64,000 bases of DNA, taken from positions 1,568,001-1,632,000 of the forward strand of contig OZ223300.1 of the NCBI GenBank assembly GCA_965140705.1, in the 5' to 3' direction. Of the stretch, positions 59,519 to 64,000 are shown one piece after another (positions within the stretch are counted from its first letter, which is position 1; the number at the start of each line of letters is the position of its first letter). The notes below the pieces were generated by a model. That model did no database searches. It worked only from the letters and a program-made list of their open reading frames with translations, and was not told where the DNA came from. The position numbers and the translations under genes are program-made. The DNA is from an uncultured Arcobacter sp. (GTDB lineage Bacteria; Campylobacterota; Campylobacteria; Campylobacterales; Arcobacteraceae).

Positions 59519-61633
59519 ATGAAGAAATATATATTCAAAAGGGATAAGGAAAAAGAAGAATACCAATCTTATAAAATAAAAGATGCAATTAAAAAGGCAT
59601 TTAAAAGTGTACAAGTTACTTATGACGAAAGAGTATTTTTTAATGTTGTTAATAAATTAGAGTTAATTGAAGAATTATTTGTAGAAGATATTCAAGATAT
59701 AATAGAAAAAGAGCTTTATAATTTTAACTATTTTGAGGTAATGAAATCATTTATGGTATATAGACATACCCACAAACTCCAAAGGGAACATGTCTTAGGA
59801 TTAAATGAAGATACAACTTATATAAACTCAACTCAAACTGTTGAAGAGTATATTTTTAAAAGTGATTGGAGAGTAAATGCTAATTCTAATACTGGATATT
59901 CCCATGCTGGTCTTATAAATAATAGTGCAGGTAAAATAATTGCAAATTATTGGCTTGATAAAATTTACTCTAAAAAAGAGGGATATGCTCATAGAAATGC
60001 TGATTATCATATTCATGATTTAGATTGTTTAAGTGGATATTGTGCAGGATGGAGTTTAAGAATTTTACTTGATGAAGGATTTAATCAAGTAAGAGGAAGA
60101 GTAGAAAGCACTGCTCCAAATCATTTTAGAGAAGCTTTAGGGCAAATGGCAAACTTCTTAGGGATACTACAAAGTGAGTGGGCAGGTGCCCAAGCTTTTA
60201 GTAGCTTTGATACTTACTTAGCTCCTTATGTATTTAAAGATAATTTAGAATATAAAGAGATAAAAAAAGCTATTCGAAGTTTTATTTATAATCTAAATGT
60301 TCCAGCTCGTTGGGGACAAAGCCCTTTTACAAATATTACTATTGATTGGACTGTTCCAAATGATTTAAAAGATCAAATTCCAACACGAAATCAAAAGCAC
60401 TTATTTAAAGGTTTTGAAGATGAAGTTCTTTTAAAAAAATTAAGAATAAAAGGTTGTAACTCATTTGAAGAATTGACTTATAAAAACTTCCAAAATGAGA
60501 TGAACCTTATAAACAAAGCCTATTATGAGATAATGACAGAAGGTGATAAAACAGGTCAACCTTTTACTTTTCCTATTCCTACAGTGAATATTACTGAAGA
60601 TTTTGATTGGTATGGAGAAAATACAGATTTATTATTTGAAAATACAGCAAAAATTGGAAGTTCTTATTTTCAAAATTTTATTGGTAGCCAATATGAAAAA
60701 GATGAAAATGGGAATTTAATCCCAAATGAAAAAGCCTATAAACCAGGTCATGTAAGAAGTATGTGTTGTAGATTGCAACTTGACTTAAGAGAACTTCTTA
60801 AAAGGGGAGGTGGATTATTTGGAAGCGCTGAAATGACAGGAAGTATTGGTGTAGTTACTATTAATATGGCAAGACTAGGATATTTATACAAAGGTGATAT
60901 AAATAGTCTACTTAAAAAATTAGAAGAGTTAATGGATTTGGCAAAATCAACCTTAGAGAAAAAAAGAGTCTTTATTCAAGATATGTATGAAAGAGGTCTT
61001 TTCCCATATACAAAAAGATATCTTAAAGGATTTAATAATCATTTTTCGACTATTGGAGTAAATGGAATGAATGAGATGTTAAAAAACTATTTTTCAAATG
61101 ATGTTGATATGGCTTCAGATATTGGAAATGATTTTTGTATTCAAATATTAGATTTCATGAGAGATAAAATGCTTCAATATCAAGAAGAGACTGGTAACTT
61201 ATATAATCTTGAAGCAACACCAGCTGAGGGTACAACTTATAGGTTTGCAAAAGAGGATAAAAAAAGATTTAAAGATATTATTCAAGCTGGATTTGATAAA
61301 AACATCTATTATACAAACTCTTCTCAACTTCCAGCAAACTATACAGATGATCCATTTGAAGCCTTAACTTTACAAGATGAACTTCAGTGTAAATATACTG
61401 GTGGGACAGTTTTACACTTGTATATGAATGAAAGAATCTCATCAATAGAGTCTTGTAGAAAATTTGTAAAAAATGTAATTACAAACTTTAGACTTCCATA
61501 TATAACAGTAACACCACTATTTTCTATTTGTGAAAAACATGGATATTTAAATGGAGAACATGAGTTTTGTCCAAAATGTGACGAAGAAATTTTAAAACAG
61601 GAGATGAAAAATGAATTATCAAGAATTGCTTGA
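59519..61633 (+). CDS. nrdD: Anaerobic (class III) ribonucleotide reductase catalytic subunit lacking the C-terminal glycyl-radical segment
   Basis: ATP cone, HIHDL, YCAGW, FTFPIPT, SMCCRL finger loop, ATPAEG, YTGG, CxxH...CxxC zinc site, then a stop with no RVxGY. Confidence 0.93.
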   Translation: MKKYIFKRDKEKEEYQSYKIKDAIKKAFKSVQVTYDERVFFNVVNKLELIEELFVEDIQDIIEKELYNFNYFEVMKSFMVYRHTHKLQREHVLGLNEDTTYINSTQTVEEYIFKSDWRVNANSNTGYSHAGLINNSAGKIIANYWLDKIYSKKEGYAHRNADYHIHDLDCLSGYCAGWSLRILLDEGFNQVRGRVESTAPNHFREALGQMANFLGILQSEWAGAQAFSSFDTYLAPYVFKDNLEYKEIKKAIRSFIYNLNVPARWGQSPFTNITIDWTVPNDLKDQIPTRNQKHLFKGFEDEVLLKKLRIKGCNSFEELTYKNFQNEMNLINKAYYEIMTEGDKTGQPFTFPIPTVNITEDFDWYGENTDLLFENTAKIGSSYFQNFIGSQYEKDENGNLIPNEKAYKPGHVRSMCCRLQLDLRELLKRGGGLFGSAEMTGSIGVVTINMARLGYLYKGDINSLLKKLEELMDLAKSTLEKKRVFIQDMYERGLFPYTKRYLKGFNNHFSTIGVNGMNEMLKNYFSNDVDMASDIGNDFCIQILDFMRDKMLQYQEETGNLYNLEATPAEGTTYRFAKEDKKRFKDIIQAGFDKNIYYTNSSQLPANYTDDPFEALTLQDELQCKYTGGTVLHLYMNERISSIESCRKFVKNVITNFRLPYITVTPLFSICEKHGYLNGEHEFCPKCDEEILKQEMKNELSRIA

Positions 61634-61775
61634 AAAAAATAGTAAAAAAAGAACAAAATGTATAGTTTATACTAGAGTTATGGGTTATCATAGACCAGTT
61701 GAAAGCTTTAATATAGGTAAAAAAGGTGAACACAAAGAGAGAATCAAATTTGTTGAATCAAAAAATTGTTTATGA
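61611..61775 (+). CDS. Stand-alone glycyl-radical domain of NrdD, 54 aa (not in the ORF track)
   Basis: MNYQELLEKNSKKRTKCIVYTRVMGYHRPVESFNIGKKGEHKERIKFVESKNCL; AGGAG 7 nt before the ATG; +1 frame relative to nrdD. Confidence 0.88.
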   Translation: MNYQELLEKNSKKRTKCIVYTRVMGYHRPVESFNIGKKGEHKERIKFVESKNCL

Positions 61776-62430
61776 TTTTACAAAATTTACAACTACAGAT
61801 TACATAGGATATTTATCTTGTGTAATCTGGTTTAAAGGGTGTAATATGAGATGTCGATATTGCTATAATGATGATATTGTCTTCTGTAAAAATGGTAATT
61901 ACACTTTAAATGATATTTTAACTTTTTTAAAAAATAGAGTAGGGATGCTTGATGCTGTAGTATTATCAGGAGGGGAAGCAAGCCTTTATGATTTGACTAC
62001 TATTTGTAAAAAAATTAAGGAGTTGGGATATAAAATAAAGCTAGATACGAATGGGTTAAATCTTAATTTAATAAAAGAACTTATAAAAGAGAAATTAATA
62101 GATTATATGGCAATAGATTTTAAAGCACCAAAATATAAATATAAAATGATAACAGGTGTAGATAAATATGCCCAGTTTATTAATACAATAAAATATTTGA
62201 TAGATATTAATTTTAATTTTGAACTTAGAACAACGGTTAATTCAAGTTTGTTAGAAGAGAATGATATAAATAATATGATAAATATAATTAGTAACTTGGG
62301 ATATAAAAATACATACTATTTACAAAATTTTTTACAAACTAATTCAAATATTGGAAATATACAAAAACAAAGGGATATAAATAAAGAAGAACTTATACAA
62401 AATAGTTTAACTATTCAATGGAGAAATTAA
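61726..62430 (+). CDS. nrdG: Anaerobic RNR activating enzyme (radical SAM)
   Basis: GCNMRCRYCYN, SGGEA, KLDTNG, ELRTT; exact start uncertain (GTG 61726 or a downstream TTG). Confidence 0.9.
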   Translation: MNTKRESNLLNQKIVYDFTKFTTTDYIGYLSCVIWFKGCNMRCRYCYNDDIVFCKNGNYTLNDILTFLKNRVGMLDAVVLSGGEASLYDLTTICKKIKELGYKIKLDTNGLNLNLIKELIKEKLIDYMAIDFKAPKYKYKMITGVDKYAQFINTIKYLIDINFNFELRTTVNSSLLEENDINNMINIISNLGYKNTYYLQNFLQTNSNIGNIQKQRDINKEELIQNSLTIQWRN

Positions 62431-63087
62431 ATACCCTTGCCCTAAAACATTTTCAATAATATCTTTAGACATTTTTAATCTTAGTCTTTTTATAAAAGTT
62501 CTAAGCCGCTCGTCACTTACTTCTTCCTTCCAAAGTGTAGATTTTATTTCTTCAGTACTTACAAGAATATTTTGATGTTTTATTAGTAAATACAAAAAAT
62601 CTTTTTCTCGTTTTGTAATATTTACAATTTTTCCTTTTTCATACAAAGTCATAGTATTATTATCAAAGGTGAAATTCTCTTTTAGTAATACTTTTTTTTG
62701 TTTGTTTAACTTAGGTGCTATTTTTTTAATATAAGTTATAAGGTCTTCTGGATCAAAAGGCTTTATAAAATATTTATTTATTCCTGTATCAATGGCTTTT
62801 AGTAACTTTTCTTTATCAGAGTGAGCACTTAATATAATAATAGGAGTTACTTCATCAAACTCTTTTATTTTTTGTGTCATTTCCAAACCATCACAAAGAG
62901 GCATCATAATATCAGTTATTACAATATCAGGTTTAAATGATTTAAACTTTTTTAAACCTTCTTTTCCATCTTTTGCAATAATTACAGAGAAAAAATAATC
63001 ATTTATAGCATCTTTTAAAAGTTGAGCTAATCTTTTTTCATCTTCAACTATTAATATTTTTAAGTCTTTTAGTAAGTTATTTTTCAT
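62407..63087 (-). CDS. OmpR-family response regulator
   Basis: IVEDE, TDIMMP, IKP, winged helix LRTFIKRLR...GQGY. Confidence 0.92.
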   Translation of the reverse strand: MKNNLLKDLKILIVEDEKRLAQLLKDAINDYFFSVIIAKDGKEGLKKFKSFKPDIVITDIMMPLCDGLEMTQKIKEFDEVTPIIILSAHSDKEKLLKAIDTGINKYFIKPFDPEDLITYIKKIAPKLNKQKKVLLKENFTFDNNTMTLYEKGKIVNITKREKDFLYLLIKHQNILVSTEEIKSTLWKEEVSDERLRTFIKRLRLKMSKDIIENVLGQGYLISPLNS

Positions 63088-63094
63088 ATCTTTC

Positions 63095-64000
63095 CTAATT
63101 ATTTAAAGGGATAATAATCGTAAAATTAGAACCATTTTTAAAGTTTTTGTGAGTCATTTCACCTTCTAAACTTTTTTCAATAATCATTTTTGACATAAAT
63201 AATCCCAATCCTGTACCTTGGCTCTTATGTTTTGTTGTAAAATAAGGATCAAATATTTTATCTAAGTTATCTTTACTAATTCCGCCAGCATTATCTATTA
63301 TTTCTAATTTTGCATATTTTTTATCTAAAATTTTATCTTCTTTTAATTTTATTTCTATAATTTTGTTATTTATATTATTAATTATAAAAGCATCTTTTGA
63401 GTTCTGAATTAGATTTATAATTACTTGTGTAAGTTCATTTAATACACCTACAACTTGGTAATTTAATGGTACCTCAATCTTTAAAGTTATATCTTCTATC
63501 GTTTTTTTCAAAATTAATATAGCTTCATCAACTGCTTTTTTTATCTCAAAGCTTTTTTTATCTTTTTGTGGATTAAAAAAGTTAGAAAAATCATCTATTG
63601 TTGAAGACATTGTAGATATCAAATTTTTACTCTCAAGATAGAGTTCATCTAACTTCTCTTTTTCATTTGTATTAAAAAATTTTTTCATATTGAAAAGTGT
63701 TAGGTTAAGCTCAGTTAAGGGTTGTCGCCATTGGTGGGCAATATTTCCTAACATTTGACCTAAGCTTGCCATTCTTGATTGTAAAAATAGAAGTTTTTGT
63801 TTCTCTTCATTTTTTTTAATTTCATCTTTAACTCTATGTTCTAGAGTTTTATTTAACTCTTTTAACTCTTTTGTTTTAATAGATACTCTATTCTCTAAAT
63901 CTTTATTTAACTCTTCTAACTCTTTTTCTTTTTTTTCTAATCTTTTCTTTAATTCAACTTCTTCTGTTACATCATATCTTATGGCTATGAACTCTTTTAT
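63095..64000 (-). CDS. PAS sensor histidine kinase, C-terminal part (gene starts beyond the window)
   Basis: Frame open from 64000 (IKEFIAIRYDVT, a PAC end), coiled coil, [15 protein letters not shown]. Confidence 0.88.
   Translation of the reverse strand: MKEFIAIRYDVTEEVELKKRLEKKEKELEELNKDLENRVSIKTKELKELNKTLEHRVKDEIKKNEEKQKLLFLQSRMASLGQMLGNIAHQWRQPLTELNLTLFNMKKFFNTNEKEKLDELYLESKNLISTMSSTIDDFSNFFNPQKDKKSFEIKKAVDEAILILKKTIEDITLKIEVPLNYQVVGVLNELTQVIINLIQNSKDAFIINNINNKIIEIKLKEDKILDKKYAKLEIIDNAGGISKDNLDKIFDPYFTTKHKSQGTGLGLFMSKMIIEKSLEGEMTHKNFKNGSNFTIIIPLNN

Noticed and set aside
63780..63960. Short imperfect repeats (ELNK.LE.RV) in the last kinase
   Set aside because: Ordinary coiled-coil linker repeats upstream of the HisKA domain
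1..64000. CRISPR arrays, tRNA/rRNA genes, prophage or integrase genes
   Set aside because: No regularly spaced repeats, structured GC-rich RNA genes or mobile-element proteins were recognised; intergenic gaps are short (about 200 nt or less)

Overview
AT-rich chromosomal segment. Its gene content (fused CcsBA, all-alpha dimeric dUTPase, many HQWRQPL-type histidine kinases, tsaE-lptB without rpoN) points to Campylobacterota, most likely Arcobacteraceae; this is an inference. Housekeeping genes (cmoB, pdxH, trpB, dnaJ, recR, argG, trpD, tsaE, lptB, kdsB, polA, lgt, hemN, argF) are interleaved with many signalling genes and several accessory modules. No rRNA, tRNA, CRISPR array or transposase was recognised. 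Highlights: (1) an operon encoding an M20 peptidase, a RimK-like ATP-grasp ligase, an ATP-grasp ligase fused to ComEA-type HhH DNA-binding repeats, and a multidomain cytoplasmic M14 carboxypeptidase, a candidate peptide-tag writer/eraser system; (2) a class III ribonucleotide reductase whose glycyl-radical domain sits in a separate 54-aa ORF missed by the ORF track; (3) a cluster matching the Rhodobacter furan-fatty-acid/singlet-oxygen genes, with a shared promoter motif; (4) two tandem kinases sharing a 690-bp near-identical kinase core; (5) a Crp/Fnr-GNAT-DUF711 cassette with a TTAAC-N4-GTTAA site at about -41.5; (6) an HTH-dUTPase fusion and several probable leaderless mRNAs. All family calls come from motif recognition by eye, not from database searches.
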